A DNA stretch of 64,000 nucleotides from an uncultured Candidatus Rokubacteria bacterium (GCA_963708025.1 CAVPSB010000032.1:64001-128000); one strand, 5' to 3'; counted from the first letter of the stretch, positions 9,344 through 18,977 are shown. The notes: generated from the sequence alone by a model not told the origin. Numbers and translations: made by a program.

Positions 9344-11218
9344 TCAGTTCCGGGGTTCGGCGCCGCCGGCGATCGGCACCGGCCGGGGCGCGCCGGCCGT
9401 CATGGGCTCGACGGCGTGTGCCTCCTCGTGCCCCCGGCTGCCCAGCCCACCCAGCCAGAAGATGAACATCACCATCCCCAGGAAGAGCGCCGTCGTGACC
9501 GTGATGACGTTGGCCGCGTAGCCGAGGGCCGGCGTCACCGCGTCCGGCGAGGTGTCGCGCATCACCCCGTAGATGTGCCAGTGCTGGCGGATCCCCGAGC
9601 GGGCGAAGCCCATGAGGCCCATGAGCCAGGTGAACGTGACGGCCAGGAGGACCAGGACGTACTGGGAGCGGGGCGCGATGCTCCCCCAGCGGATGGCGCC
9701 GGTGGCCCGGGCGCCCTTGAACATCGGGATGTCGATCGCCATCACGATGGCGATGGTGGCCAGGACGGTCGAGACCTGGAGCGGTGAGAACTGCCGGATC
9801 CGCTTGAGCGGGTCGACGAAGTAGCCGCCGACGCCCAGCCCCACCACGATGGCCGCCGCCACCCCGAGCACCGCCCACTGGGCGATCATCCCGGACCGCA
9901 CCCACGACGTGGTCGCGATCTTGTTCGCGCGCCGGTAGAGCAGGTACGACAGGAAGGTCGTCAGGATCATCAGGTTCACGGCGGTGTTCTTGGCCGACAT
10001 GACGCCGAACACGCCGAGCATCTTGTGGTGGGTGCCGCCCATCCGGCGCACCTCGTCCACGGACGCGATCAGCGTGTGCGGCGTGGCCCACACCATGAAC
10101 CCGAGCACGATGACCAGGAGCAGGTACTTGATGTACGGGCGGTAGCGCTCGGAGCCGGGGATCCGCTCCATGCCGAGCCAGAGATAGTAGTTCGACCCCA
10201 TGAAGAGCACGCCGATGAGAATGGCCTGGACGATCCAGAGCCAGGACATGAAGCCGCCCATCATGGTGATGCCCATCGTCTGGTCGAAGGCGTAGATCTC
10301 GAAGCCGAGCCAGTAGCCGGCGAACGGGAGCACCATCAGGGCGGAGACCGCCACGAAGTTCCCGATGTAGCCCATCCAGTCGTACTGGGCTCGCTCCTCG
10401 TCGGTCTTGGCGCCCAGGAAGCGGAAGGCGGCGTAGGCGGCCGCCACCGTCCCCCCGAAGACGATGTTGGCGATCAGGCGATGGATGTTGATCGGCATCC
10501 ACGTGAAGTTGTTGACCGCCTGCCACAGCGTGCCGATGAACTTGCCGGCCGGGTCGATGAACTCCTTGGGTGGCGAGACCATGAACGTCACCCAGGAGTT
10601 GGACACGACGAGGATCGCGGTCCCGAAGAGGTTGGAGAGGATCCCCAGCGCAAGGTGAATGCCCTTCCGCGGTCCCGACAGCCAGTCCCAGCCGTAGTAC
10701 CAGAGGTAGACGGTGAAGGTCTCGAGGAAGAACAGGGCGGCGTAGAGCCACATGGTGGGCGCGAAGACGGCGCTCATGTAGGCCCAGAACTTGGGGTAGA
10801 GCGTGATCAGAAGGAAGAGGAGGCCCCCGCCCAGGAGCGCCGTCGTGGAGAATGCCGCGAAGGTCAGCTTGACGAACTCGTGGGCCAGCCAGTCGAAGCG
10901 CCGGCCCTCGGGGGTCGGGCCGTTCCGCCAGCCCATGAACTCGATGATGACCGCGAAGATCGGGACCCCGAGAATGAAGGCCGCGAAGTTCAGGTGGATC
11001 TGGGAGATGATCCAGACGGCCAGCCGCGAGCCGACGTAGGGGAAGGCCCGGTAGGCGGGCTCGGTCGTCGGGGCCGGCTGGCCCCAGGCCGGGGCGGCAA
11101 GGAGGCTCAGCACGCCGAGGGCCAGGACGAGCACCGGAAGGAGAGAACCGGCGAGGGAGCGGCGGGCGCGCCTCACCTGGCCGCCATGCGGTCCGACCAC
11201 CTTCGCCACGTGGCGCAC
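9344..11218 (-). CDS. Cytochrome bd-like (CydA-like) integral membrane protein
   Basis: Many TMs; QIHLNFAAF, LFFLETFTVYLW, NSWVTFMVSP, NIHRLIAN, MGFARSG.RQHW.IYGVMR motifs; no cydB adjacent; start uncertain. Confidence 0.8.
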   Translation of the reverse strand: MRHVAKVVGPHGGQVRRARRSLAGSLLPVLVLALGVLSLLAAPAWGQPAPTTEPAYRAFPYVGSRLAVWIISQIHLNFAAFILGVPIFAVIIEFMGWRNGPTPEGRRFDWLAHEFVKLTFAAFSTTALLGGGLLFLLITLYPKFWAYMSAVFAPTMWLYAALFFLETFTVYLWYYGWDWLSGPRKGIHLALGILSNLFGTAILVVSNSWVTFMVSPPKEFIDPAGKFIGTLWQAVNNFTWMPINIHRLIANIVFGGTVAAAYAAFRFLGAKTDEERAQYDWMGYIGNFVAVSALMVLPFAGYWLGFEIYAFDQTMGITMMGGFMSWLWIVQAILIGVLFMGSNYYLWLGMERIPGSERYRPYIKYLLLVIVLGFMVWATPHTLIASVDEVRRMGGTHHKMLGVFGVMSAKNTAVNLMILTTFLSYLLYRRANKIATTSWVRSGMIAQWAVLGVAAAIVVGLGVGGYFVDPLKRIRQFSPLQVSTVLATIAIVMAIDIPMFKGARATGAIRWGSIAPRSQYVLVLLAVTFTWLMGLMGFARSGIRQHWHIYGVMRDTSPDAVTPALGYAANVITVTTALFLGMVMFIFWLGGLGSRGHEEAHAVEPMTAGAPRPVPIAGGAEPRN

Positions 11219-11318
11219 TTGGATCGCGCTGAGGGCTCCGTGGGGGGTTTCGCCACGGGGGACGGAGCGGCCAACCGAGTCCGCCCCCCCTTGTACCGGC
11301 GGTCACAAGAACGCTTCC

Positions 11319-11347
11319 TTTGTAGTGTAGCGACCCCGGCCTGTCAA
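11319..11347 (-). promoter_or_regulatory. Possible promoter for bd-like cluster
   Basis: TTGACA-17 nt-TACAAA (weak -10). Confidence 0.3.
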
Positions 11348-11509
11348 GGGGAAAAGGCCGCGACCACGCGCGCGTCCGCATCGGGACGAGCGGGGAGCGT
11401 GGGGCTCCGGAGCTCCGGCGGCGGCGCCTGGTTGCCCGGCGCCAAAGGCGCTTGCTACGATCCCCCCGACACGCCTGAGAGGCGTCACCGCACCGCCCAC
11501 CCCAGACAC

Positions 11510-11896
11510 GTGACCGTCGAGATCGTCGCCCAGAGCCTGGTGTCCGGTCTCCTCAAACAGGATCGTGATGCCCTGCTCCCGGTTGAGCCGCCGCAGCACC
11601 TCCAGGATCTCGGTGACGACGCGGGGCGCCAGTCCCAGGGTCGGCTCGTCGACCATGAGGAAGCGGGGGCGCGACATCAAGCCCCGGGCAATCGCGACCA
11701 TCTGTTGCTCGCCGCCCGAGAGCGTGTGGGCCAGCTGGTTCAGCGCGACCAGCGGATCGAGACCCCCAGCGCCCAGACCCAGAACGTGGCGAAACATCGC
11801 GAACATCAGGAACTCGCCGTGGGCGAAGTTGACGATCTCCATCAGCCCGAAGATGAGCGAGAGACCGGCCGCGATCAGGGCGTAGACGAAGCCCAT
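11510..11896. pseudogene. Rearranged remnant of branched-chain amino acid ABC transporter (livH + livF fragments)
   Basis: Plus strand 11510-11554 gives VTVEIVAQSLVSGLL; minus strand 11896-11555 gives MGFVYALIAAGLSLIFG..NFAHGE fused to LSGGEQQMVAIARGLM..DEPTLGLAP. Confidence 0.85.
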
Positions 11897-12122
11897 GCGC
11901 CGGAACCGCCGGCAAGCTGCTCGCGTCCGACGAGGTGAAGAAGGTGTTTGGGGGCCTGTAGGGCAGCCGGGGAGTTTGCGGGCAGGCGCGAGCTGTGCTA
12001 AGGTAATCCGCGTACCGCTCGCGACGTACCCGCATGGACAGCAGCGACACATACCGCTCGATGGCAGCGGGCGCGCCGGTGCCGGCGCAGCTCTGACCCT
12101 GACCCCCGACCGGAGGATCCCA

Positions 12123-12452
12123 ATGGCAAGCACGACCATCCTTCATCTCACCGAGGCCTCCTTCGATACGACGCTGGCCGAGCACGCGGAGGCCGTGGTC
12201 GTCAACTTCTGGGCCGAGTGGTGCGGTCCCTGCAAGGCTATCGCTCCGCTGCTGGAGGATCTCGCCCAGGAGTACGCGGGGAAGGTCACGATCGCCAAGG
12301 TGAACGTGGACGAGCAGCCGGCGGTGGCCGCGCGCTTCCAGGTCCGCTCGATCCCCACGCTCCTCTTCTTCAAGGGAGGCCAGGTGGTGGACCAGGTGAT
12401 CGGGGCGGTGCCGAAGGCGCAGATCAAGAAACGCCTGGACACGGTGGCCTGA
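12123..12452 (+). CDS. trxA: Thioredoxin
   Basis: FWAEWCGPCK, SIPTLL; GGAGG SD upstream. Confidence 0.96.
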   Translation: MASTTILHLTEASFDTTLAEHAEAVVVNFWAEWCGPCKAIAPLLEDLAQEYAGKVTIAKVNVDEQPAVAARFQVRSIPTLLFFKGGQVVDQVIGAVPKAQIKKRLDTVA

Positions 12453-12465
12453 CCGCGGCGTCGCC

Positions 12466-13512
12466 ATGGCCCGCGAGGACCCCGCCTCTCCCGGGGGCCC
12501 CGCCGGGCCCCTCCTCCGCGATCTCGGGGAGCGCGGACTCATCGAGCGGGTCCGGCGACGGGTGGGCCCGGCCGGCGGCGAGGTCCTCGTCGGGATCGGG
12601 GACGACGCCGCCGCGATCGCCTGGCCGCCGGGCCAGGTCCTGCTGCTGACCACCGACACCCTGGTCGAGGACGTCCACTTCCGCCGGGCCACCGCGACCC
12701 TCCGCGAGGTCGGCGGCAAGGCTCTCGCCGTCAACCTGTCGGACATCGCCGCCATGGGCGGGGAGCCCCGCTTCGCCCTCCTCGCGCTCGTCCTGCCCCC
12801 GCGCTGCACGGTCGCCGACGTGGACGAGCTGTACACCGGCCTCCTCGACATGGCGGCGCGGTACGAGGTCCGGCTGATCGGCGGGGACACCTGCACGGCG
12901 CCGGACCGGATGGTCCTCACGGTCACCCTCGTCGGCCAGACCGACGGCCCGCCGGTCCGCCGGAGCGGAGCGCAGCCCGGGGATACCATCCTCGTGACCG
13001 GCACGCTGGGCGCGGCCGCCGCCGGTCTGGCGGCCCTGGAGCGCGGCCCGCTGCCGGTGCCCGAGGAGGTGGCGGAGCCAGTGCGCCGGGCCCACCGATT
13101 GCCGACGCCACGCGTCGCGGAAGGGCGGCTCGTGCGCGCCTCGGGTCTGGCGACCTCGATGATCGACCTCTCGGACGGCCTCGCCACCGACCTCGGCCAC
13201 ATCGCGGAGGAGAGCGGCGTCGGCGCCCGTGTCCGCCTGACCGCCCTGCCCGTGAGCGAGCCGACGCGGGAGGTGGCTCGCCTCCTCCACGAGACGCCGT
13301 GGGCGTGGGCGGTGAGCGGCGGTGAGGACTACGAGCTGCTGTTCACGGCACCGGCCGGGCGCGCGGCGGCGCTGGCCCGCCGGGTGACGGACGCCACCGG
13401 CACGCCAGTCAGCCTGATCGGAGAGATCCGGCCAGCCGGGGAAGGCGTGTCCTTCGTCGACGCGGACGGAGCGGCTGTCGATGTGCGGCCGGGCTTCGAA
13501 CACTTCAGGTGA
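12466..13512 (+). CDS. thiL: Thiamine-monophosphate kinase
   Basis: GIGDDAA, VNLSDIAAMGG, IDLSDGL, GGEDYEL. Confidence 0.96.
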   Translation: MAREDPASPGGPAGPLLRDLGERGLIERVRRRVGPAGGEVLVGIGDDAAAIAWPPGQVLLLTTDTLVEDVHFRRATATLREVGGKALAVNLSDIAAMGGEPRFALLALVLPPRCTVADVDELYTGLLDMAARYEVRLIGGDTCTAPDRMVLTVTLVGQTDGPPVRRSGAQPGDTILVTGTLGAAAAGLAALERGPLPVPEEVAEPVRRAHRLPTPRVAEGRLVRASGLATSMIDLSDGLATDLGHIAEESGVGARVRLTALPVSEPTREVARLLHETPWAWAVSGGEDYELLFTAPAGRAAALARRVTDATGTPVSLIGEIRPAGEGVSFVDADGAAVDVRPGFEHFR

Positions 13513-13649
13513 GGGCGTGTGAAGCAGTCAGGTCGTCCGGCCCCCCCCTTCCCCCCGGCCACAGGCCGAAGGCCGTCCATCGATGGGGGAGGGGCGCCAA
13601 AGGCCGAAGGCCGTCGAAGAATCGGGTGGGCGGGAGGTCCCGAACTGAG
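13510..13649 (+). repeat. Family B element (C-rich/G-rich stem with two GGCCGAAGGCC modules)
   Basis: Begins at thiL TGA; similar to 16222-16335 and 55111-55248. Confidence 0.9.
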
Positions 13650-13684
13650 AGGCCGGGGCCCGTGAGGCCCGCGGAACGGACGCC

Positions 13685-14968
13685 GTGGACGTCAACCGAC
13701 TGATCCTCGACCTGCTCCTCCTGGTGGGCTTCCTGGCCGCCTCGGCGCTGCTGGCCGGGGCGGAGGCGGCCTACTTCTCGCTGAGCCGTCACGGGACGGT
13801 CCGGCTGGAGGGCGGGGAGGGCGCCGATCGCTCGCCGCTGGCGCGCCTCCTCGAGAAGCCGCACGAGCTCTTGATCACGATCCTGGTCGGCATCACGCTC
13901 GTCAACATCGCGAGCTCGGCCCTCGCCACCACGGTCGCCACGGCGCTTTTCGGCCCACGGGGCGTCGCGATCGCCATCCCGGCGATGATCTTCCTCATCG
14001 TCGTCTTCGGCGAGGTCCTGCCGATGACGATCGCGGTCGATGCGCCCCAGCGGTTCGGCCGGCTCGCCGCCCGGCCGGTGCTGCTCCTCGCCTACGTGCT
14101 CACGCCGGTGCGGGCGATGCTGGGCGCCTTCACCGCGCTCGTCTCGCGGGCGGTGGCCCGCGAGGAGACGCCGCAGACCGCGATCACCGAGGCCGAGCTG
14201 CGGACGCTGGTCGAGGTGGGGCACCGCGAGGGCGTCGTCGAGCGCAGCGAGCGGGAGATGATCCACGGCGTGTTCGAGCTGGGGGACACGACCGTGTGGG
14301 ACATCATGACGCCCCGCACTGACATCTTCGGCGTCGACCTCACGACGCCGCCGGCCCGGCTCCTCGACGAGCTGCGGACCCATCTGCACCACCGGGTCCC
14401 GGTCTACGAAGACAGCCTCGACCACATCGTGGGCATCCTCTTCACGCGGGACCTCTTGCCGTACTACCGCGGCTTGCCGTCCGATTTTGACCTCCGCCGC
14501 CACCTCGTCCCTCCGTACTTCGTCCCCCAGACCAAGCGGGCGGACGCGCTGCTGCGGGAGTTCCAGGCCAAGAAGCTGCGGATGGCGATCGTGGTCGACG
14601 AGTACGGGGGGACCGCCGGGCTGGTCACGCTGGAGGACATCCTGGAGGAGGTGGTAGGCGAGATCCGGGACGAGTTCGAGGCCGAGGAGCGGCTCGCCCA
14701 GCGGGTGGACGAGCGGACCTGGCGGGTGGCGGCCAAGATGGCGATCGCCGACTTCAACCGGCTCACCGGGCTCGCCATCCCGGACGACAACTTCGACACC
14801 GTGGGCGGGTGGGTCCTCGACCTCTTCGGCCGCGTCCCCCACCGGGGCGAGAGCGTGGAGGCCGGCGGGGTCCGGGTGACCGTCGAGAAGGTGCACCGGA
14901 CCCGCATCCTGGAGGTGCTGGTCCGCTTGTCGGCCTCGCCGCCGGCGCCGCCGGAGCCGCCCGAGTGA
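13685..14968 (+). CDS. CNNM/DUF21-CBS-CorC (TlyC/CorB family) membrane protein
   Basis: FGEVLP, IMTPRTDI, VVDEYGGTAGLVTLEDILEEVVGEIRDE. Confidence 0.93.
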   Translation: MDVNRLILDLLLLVGFLAASALLAGAEAAYFSLSRHGTVRLEGGEGADRSPLARLLEKPHELLITILVGITLVNIASSALATTVATALFGPRGVAIAIPAMIFLIVVFGEVLPMTIAVDAPQRFGRLAARPVLLLAYVLTPVRAMLGAFTALVSRAVAREETPQTAITEAELRTLVEVGHREGVVERSEREMIHGVFELGDTTVWDIMTPRTDIFGVDLTTPPARLLDELRTHLHHRVPVYEDSLDHIVGILFTRDLLPYYRGLPSDFDLRRHLVPPYFVPQTKRADALLREFQAKKLRMAIVVDEYGGTAGLVTLEDILEEVVGEIRDEFEAEERLAQRVDERTWRVAAKMAIADFNRLTGLAIPDDNFDTVGGWVLDLFGRVPHRGESVEAGGVRVTVEKVHRTRILEVLVRLSASPPAPPEPPE

Positions 14969-16224
14969 GCGCCCTGCTGGTCGTGGTCCTCTGCCTGCTC
15001 GCGTCGGCGTTCTTCTCCGCCGCCGAGATGGCGTTCATCGCCGCCAACCGCATCAAGCTGCGCCACCTCGCCGAGCAGGGCTCGCGGGTGGCCCGCAGGT
15101 ACGTGGAGGCCTTCGAGCGGCCGGAGCGCCTCCTCTCCACGGCCATGATGGGCGTCACCATCGCCCACGTCTCGGCCGCGGCGCTGACGACAGCCCTGCT
15201 CCTGCCGTGGCTGGATCGAAAGGCGGCCTTGTGGGCCACCGTCATCCTCACCCCGGTCATGCTGGTCTTCGGCGAGATCCTGCCGAAGAGCCTCACCCAG
15301 CAGCGGGCCACCGCGGTGGCCCTCCGGACCTTCCATGCGCTGCGCGTCGCCGCCTGGCTGCTCGCCCCGCTGGTGTGGGCGGCCAACGCGCTCGTCGGCG
15401 CCATCCTCCGGGGCCTGGGCTACCGGGAGCGCCACGACCCGTTCGTCTCCCGGGACGACCTTCGCCTGCTCTTCCAGGTCGAGCCGACCGGCGCGACCGA
15501 CGTGAAGGAGGAAGAGCGGGAGATGATCGACGGGATCTTCCACCTCGGCGAGACGACCGTTCGCGAGATCATGGTGCCGCTGGTCGACGTGCTGGCGGTC
15601 CCCGAGGAGGCGACGGTCGAGGAGGCGGTCGCCCGGATCGGCGAGAGCGGCCACTCCCGCCTGCCGGTGTACCGGGAGCGCATCGACCACGTGATCGGCG
15701 TCGTGGCGGCGCTGGACATCCTGCAGCGGGGGGCGACCGAGGAGGGCGTGAAGGCGCTGCTCCGGCCCGCCTACTACGTCCCCGAGACCAAGCGCATCGA
15801 CGACCTCCTGCGCGAGATGCAGCGCCAGCGCATCCAGCTCGCCGTGGTGGTCGACGAGTACGGCGGGAGCGAAGGCATCGTGAGCGTGGAGGACATCGTC
15901 GAGCAGATCGTGGGCGAGATCGAGGACGAGCACACCCGCACGCCCTCCACGCTGACTTCGCTTCCCGACGGGAGCTACCTGGTCGCGGCCCGGCTGGGCA
16001 TCGACGAGCTGAACGAGACGCTGGAGTGGGATCTCCCGAAGAAGGACTACGAGACGGTGGGCGGGCTCATCCTCTCTGCCCTCGGCCGGATCCCCCGGCC
16101 GGGCGAGCAGGTCGTCCTGGATCGGTACGAGCTGTCCGTGGTGGACGCCGACGAGCGCCGCATCCTGAAGGTCAAGGTGAAGGCCCGCGACCGGGGCCCG
16201 ATGAGCGACCAGCCCCGGATGTGA
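14965..16224 (+). CDS. CNNM/DUF21-CBS-CorC membrane protein, paralog 2
   Basis: [35 protein letters not shown] overlap with the upstream stop. Confidence 0.93.
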   Translation: MSALLVVVLCLLASAFFSAAEMAFIAANRIKLRHLAEQGSRVARRYVEAFERPERLLSTAMMGVTIAHVSAAALTTALLLPWLDRKAALWATVILTPVMLVFGEILPKSLTQQRATAVALRTFHALRVAAWLLAPLVWAANALVGAILRGLGYRERHDPFVSRDDLRLLFQVEPTGATDVKEEEREMIDGIFHLGETTVREIMVPLVDVLAVPEEATVEEAVARIGESGHSRLPVYRERIDHVIGVVAALDILQRGATEEGVKALLRPAYYVPETKRIDDLLREMQRQRIQLAVVVDEYGGSEGIVSVEDIVEQIVGEIEDEHTRTPSTLTSLPDGSYLVAARLGIDELNETLEWDLPKKDYETVGGLILSALGRIPRPGEQVVLDRYELSVVDADERRILKVKVKARDRGPMSDQPRM

Positions 16225-16335
16225 GAGCGTGTGAAGGAATGGGTCGTCCGACTCCCCCCTCCCCTCGGCCACAGGCCGAAGGCCGTCGAACGATGGGGGA
16301 GGGGGGCCTGGGGGGGTGGGCGGGAGGTCCCGAAC
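16222..16335 (+). repeat. Family B element (one module)
   Basis: TGAGAGCGTGTGAAG...GGGTGGGCGGGAGGTCCCGAAC. Confidence 0.9.
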
Positions 16336-16381
16336 CATGCACGGCCGCCCGTCGGGCGCGCCGACACGAGGAGGTCAGCGA

Positions 16382-17053
16382 ATGGCTGGAACGATGGTGG
16401 AGTTCCCGGCGAACGGCACGACCACGGCGGGGTACCTGGCCACGCCCGCCACCGGGAAGGGTCCCGGCGTGCTCGTCATCCAGGAGTGGTGGGGGCTGGT
16501 CGGCCACATCAAGAGCGTGTGCGACCGCTTCGCCGCCGAGGGCTTCAGCGCGCTGGCGCCGGACATGTATCACGGCCAGACGGCCAGCGAGCCCGACGGG
16601 GCGGGCAAGCTCTTCATGGCGCTCAACATCGGCCAGGCTGAGAAGGACCTGAGGGGCGCGGCGAGGTACCTCGCCCAGCACTCCTCGACCGCCAAGCTGG
16701 GCGCGGTCGGCTTCTGCATGGGCGGGCAGCTCGCGCTCTTCGCCGCCACCCTCAACCCGTCGATCGGGGCCTGCGTGAACTTCTACGGGATCCACCCCAA
16801 CGTCAAGCCGGACTACGCCAGGCTGGCCGGCCCGGTCCTCGGGCTCTATGCCGAGAAGGACGGGTTCGTGACGCCCCAGGTGGCCCGGGACGTGGACGCG
16901 GCGATCAGGAAGGCCGGCAAGCAGTCGGAGATCCACGTCTATCCCGGGGTGGACCACGCCTTCTTCAACGACGAGCGCGCCGACGTCTACGACCGGGCGG
17001 CGGCCGACGACGCGTGGCGGCGGACGCTGGCCTTCTTCCGCCAGCATCTGTAA
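16382..17053 (+). CDS. Dienelactone hydrolase family protein
   Basis: QEWWGL, GFCMGG, HAFFN motifs; GAGGAGG SD. Confidence 0.93.
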   Translation: MAGTMVEFPANGTTTAGYLATPATGKGPGVLVIQEWWGLVGHIKSVCDRFAAEGFSALAPDMYHGQTASEPDGAGKLFMALNIGQAEKDLRGAARYLAQHSSTAKLGAVGFCMGGQLALFAATLNPSIGACVNFYGIHPNVKPDYARLAGPVLGLYAEKDGFVTPQVARDVDAAIRKAGKQSEIHVYPGVDHAFFNDERADVYDRAAADDAWRRTLAFFRQHL

Positions 17054-17054
17054 A

Positions 17055-17133
17055 GGGGTCAGGCCTTTCATTCTTGACAATCCAGCGCGGCCGCATCGCC
17101 GCCCCAGATTGATAAGAATGGAAGGCCTGACCC
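17055..17133. repeat. Family C element between convergent genes (possible bidirectional terminator)
   Basis: GGGGTCAGGCCTTTCATTCTT...AAGAATGGAAGGCCTGACCC fills the gap between the two stop codons. Confidence 0.85.
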
Positions 17134-17597
17134 TAGCCGGCGCCGGCGGCGGCCGCCACCTTCCGCTGCTTCTTGGCTTCCTTGCCCCTCGGCTCGGCGG
17201 CCTTCCCCTTGCCCTTGTCCTTCTTCTCCTTCGGAGCTTCCGGCCGATCCACGAATTCCAGGATGGCCATCGGGGCGCCGTCACCGTGCCGGTTCCCGGT
17301 CTGGATGATCCGCGTGTAACCACCCCGCCGGTCCGCGTACCGCGCGGCCACGGAATCGAAGAGCTTCCGGACCGCCACCACGTCGGCGACGAGCTGCAGG
17401 GCCTGGCGTCGCGCGTGGAGGTTCTCGCGCTTGGAGAGCGTCACCAGGTGGTCGGCCAGCGGTCGCAGCGCCTTGGCCTTGGCCACGGTGGTGGTGATCC
17501 GCTCGTGCTGCACGAGCGAGGTGAGCTGGTTCCGGAACAGCGCCCAGCGGTGGGCGGTGACCCGGCCGAGCTTGGTGCCGGCTTTCCGGTGTCTCAT
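17133..17597 (-). CDS. rplQ: 50S ribosomal protein L17
   Basis: MRHRKAGTKLGR...HERITTT...GGYTRI; Lys-rich tail. Confidence 0.97.
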   Translation of the reverse strand: MRHRKAGTKLGRVTAHRWALFRNQLTSLVQHERITTTVAKAKALRPLADHLVTLSKRENLHARRQALQLVADVVAVRKLFDSVAARYADRRGGYTRIIQTGNRHGDGAPMAILEFVDRPEAPKEKKDKGKGKAAEPRGKEAKKQRKVAAAAGAG

Positions 17598-18343
17598 GAC
17601 GATGCCTTGGCCTCGCCGGGCACCACCCGCTCGACGGGCGTCTCCTCGTCCTCCTCCTCGGCGCCGGCCGGGGTGAAGAGGTCGAAGTGGTCCCGCAGGA
17701 GCCGGGAGGCCCGGAGGAGCGACTGGTCCGGCGTGATGGTGCCGTTGGTCCAAACCTCGACCACGAGCTTCTCGTAGTCGGTGATCTTCCCCAGCCGGGA
17801 CATCTCGACCGTGTAGTTGACGCGCTGGATGGGGGAGAACGCCGAATCCACGGCGATGGCGCCGGCCGGTGCGGCCTCCGCGTGGCCATCCGCCGACACG
17901 TAGCCGCGGCCGATCCGGATTCCCAGCTCGAGGGTGATCTGGCTCCCCGCCTCCACGGCGAAGAGCGGCAGGTCCGGGTTGATCACCTCGACGCCCATCC
18001 CGCCCAGCTCGCCGGCGGTGACGGTCTTCGGGCCCCTCACCTCGAGCCGGGCGGTGGCCGGCTTGTCCTCGGCGACCCGCACGACGATCTTCTTGACGTT
18101 GAGGAGCAGCGAGGCGAGGTCTTCCTGGACGCCCTTCACGCGGCTGTCGTTGGCCGACACCCCCGGGAACTTCGCCCACACCACCGCGGCCCCCGGAATG
18201 ACGGACAGCAGCACCCGCCGCAGCGAGTTCCCCACCGTCAGCGCGTACCCCTTCTCGAACGGCTCGGCGACCATCCGGCCGAACCGGGGGCCGAGATCCT
18301 CCCACTCGATCCGCCGTGGTCGCTGGAACATCAATCGAGGCAT
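17594..18343 (-). CDS. rpoA: RNA polymerase alpha subunit, N-terminal domain only (249 aa)
   Basis: EPFEKGY..TVGNSLRRVLLS, GRGYV, DSAFSPI.RVNY.VE, DYEKL..EVWTNG; canonical position between rpsD and rplQ. Confidence 0.93.
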   Translation of the reverse strand: MPRLMFQRPRRIEWEDLGPRFGRMVAEPFEKGYALTVGNSLRRVLLSVIPGAAVVWAKFPGVSANDSRVKGVQEDLASLLLNVKKIVVRVAEDKPATARLEVRGPKTVTAGELGGMGVEVINPDLPLFAVEAGSQITLELGIRIGRGYVSADGHAEAAPAGAIAVDSAFSPIQRVNYTVEMSRLGKITDYEKLVVEVWTNGTITPDQSLLRASRLLRDHFDLFTPAGAEEEDEETPVERVVPGEAKASS

Positions 18344-18353
18344 CGGACCACCC

Positions 18354-18977
18354 CTACTTCGAGTACAGCTCGACGATGAGCTGCTCCTGCACCGGGATCT
18401 GGATGTCGTCGCGGAGCGGCAGGCTTCGCACCACCGCCCGCTTCTCGGCCGGCGCCAGCTCCATCCACTGGGGCACCTGGCCCCGGCCGGCCGACAGGTT
18501 CTCGGCCACGCGCTCCTGGAGGCTCGAGCTCGGCCGGAGCTGGACCTGGTCGCCGACCTTGATGAGGAACGAGGGCAGCGACACCTTGCGCCCGTTCACC
18601 TGGATGTGGCCGTGGCGGACGATCTGTCGCGACTCGGCTCGGGAGGCGCCGAAGCCCAGCCGGAAGACGACGTTGTCGAGCCGCCGCTCGAGGAGGCGCA
18701 GCAGGTTCTCGCCGGTCACGCCGCGCTCGCGCTCCGCCCGCTCGAAGTAGCGGCGGAACTGGCCCTCGAGCAGCCCGTAGATGCGCTTGGCCTTCTGCTT
18801 CTCCCGGAGCTGCTCGCCGTAAGCCGACCGCTTGGAGCGGCCCAGGCCGTGCTGGCCGGGCGGATAGTTCCGCCGCTCGATCGCGCACTTCTCCGTGAAG
18901 CAGCGCGATCCCTTCAAGAAGAGCTTCAGACCTTCCCGCCGGCACAGCCGGCACACCGACCCTGTATACCTAGCCAA
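18354..18977 (-). CDS. rpsD: 30S ribosomal protein S4
   Basis: TTG start after [35 protein letters not shown]. Confidence 0.97.
   Translation of the reverse strand: MARYTGSVCRLCRREGLKLFLKGSRCFTEKCAIERRNYPPGQHGLGRSKRSAYGEQLREKQKAKRIYGLLEGQFRRYFERAERERGVTGENLLRLLERRLDNVVFRLGFGASRAESRQIVRHGHIQVNGRKVSLPSFLIKVGDQVQLRPSSSLQERVAENLSAGRGQVPQWMELAPAEKRAVVRSLPLRDDIQIPVQEQLIVELYSK

Noticed and set aside
11303-12139. 278-aa ABC transporter CDS
   Set aside because: It is a chimera of short livH and livF fragments plus non-coding sequence, and lacks Walker A.
12200-12212. Thioredoxin VVNFW instead of the usual VDFW
   Set aside because: A single-base difference in an assembly that shows other probable errors; cannot be interpreted.
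13685-16224. Tandem 'hemolysin' genes as virulence factors
   Set aside because: The CNNM/CorB family are mostly Mg2+/metal homeostasis proteins, and tandem pairs are not unusual.
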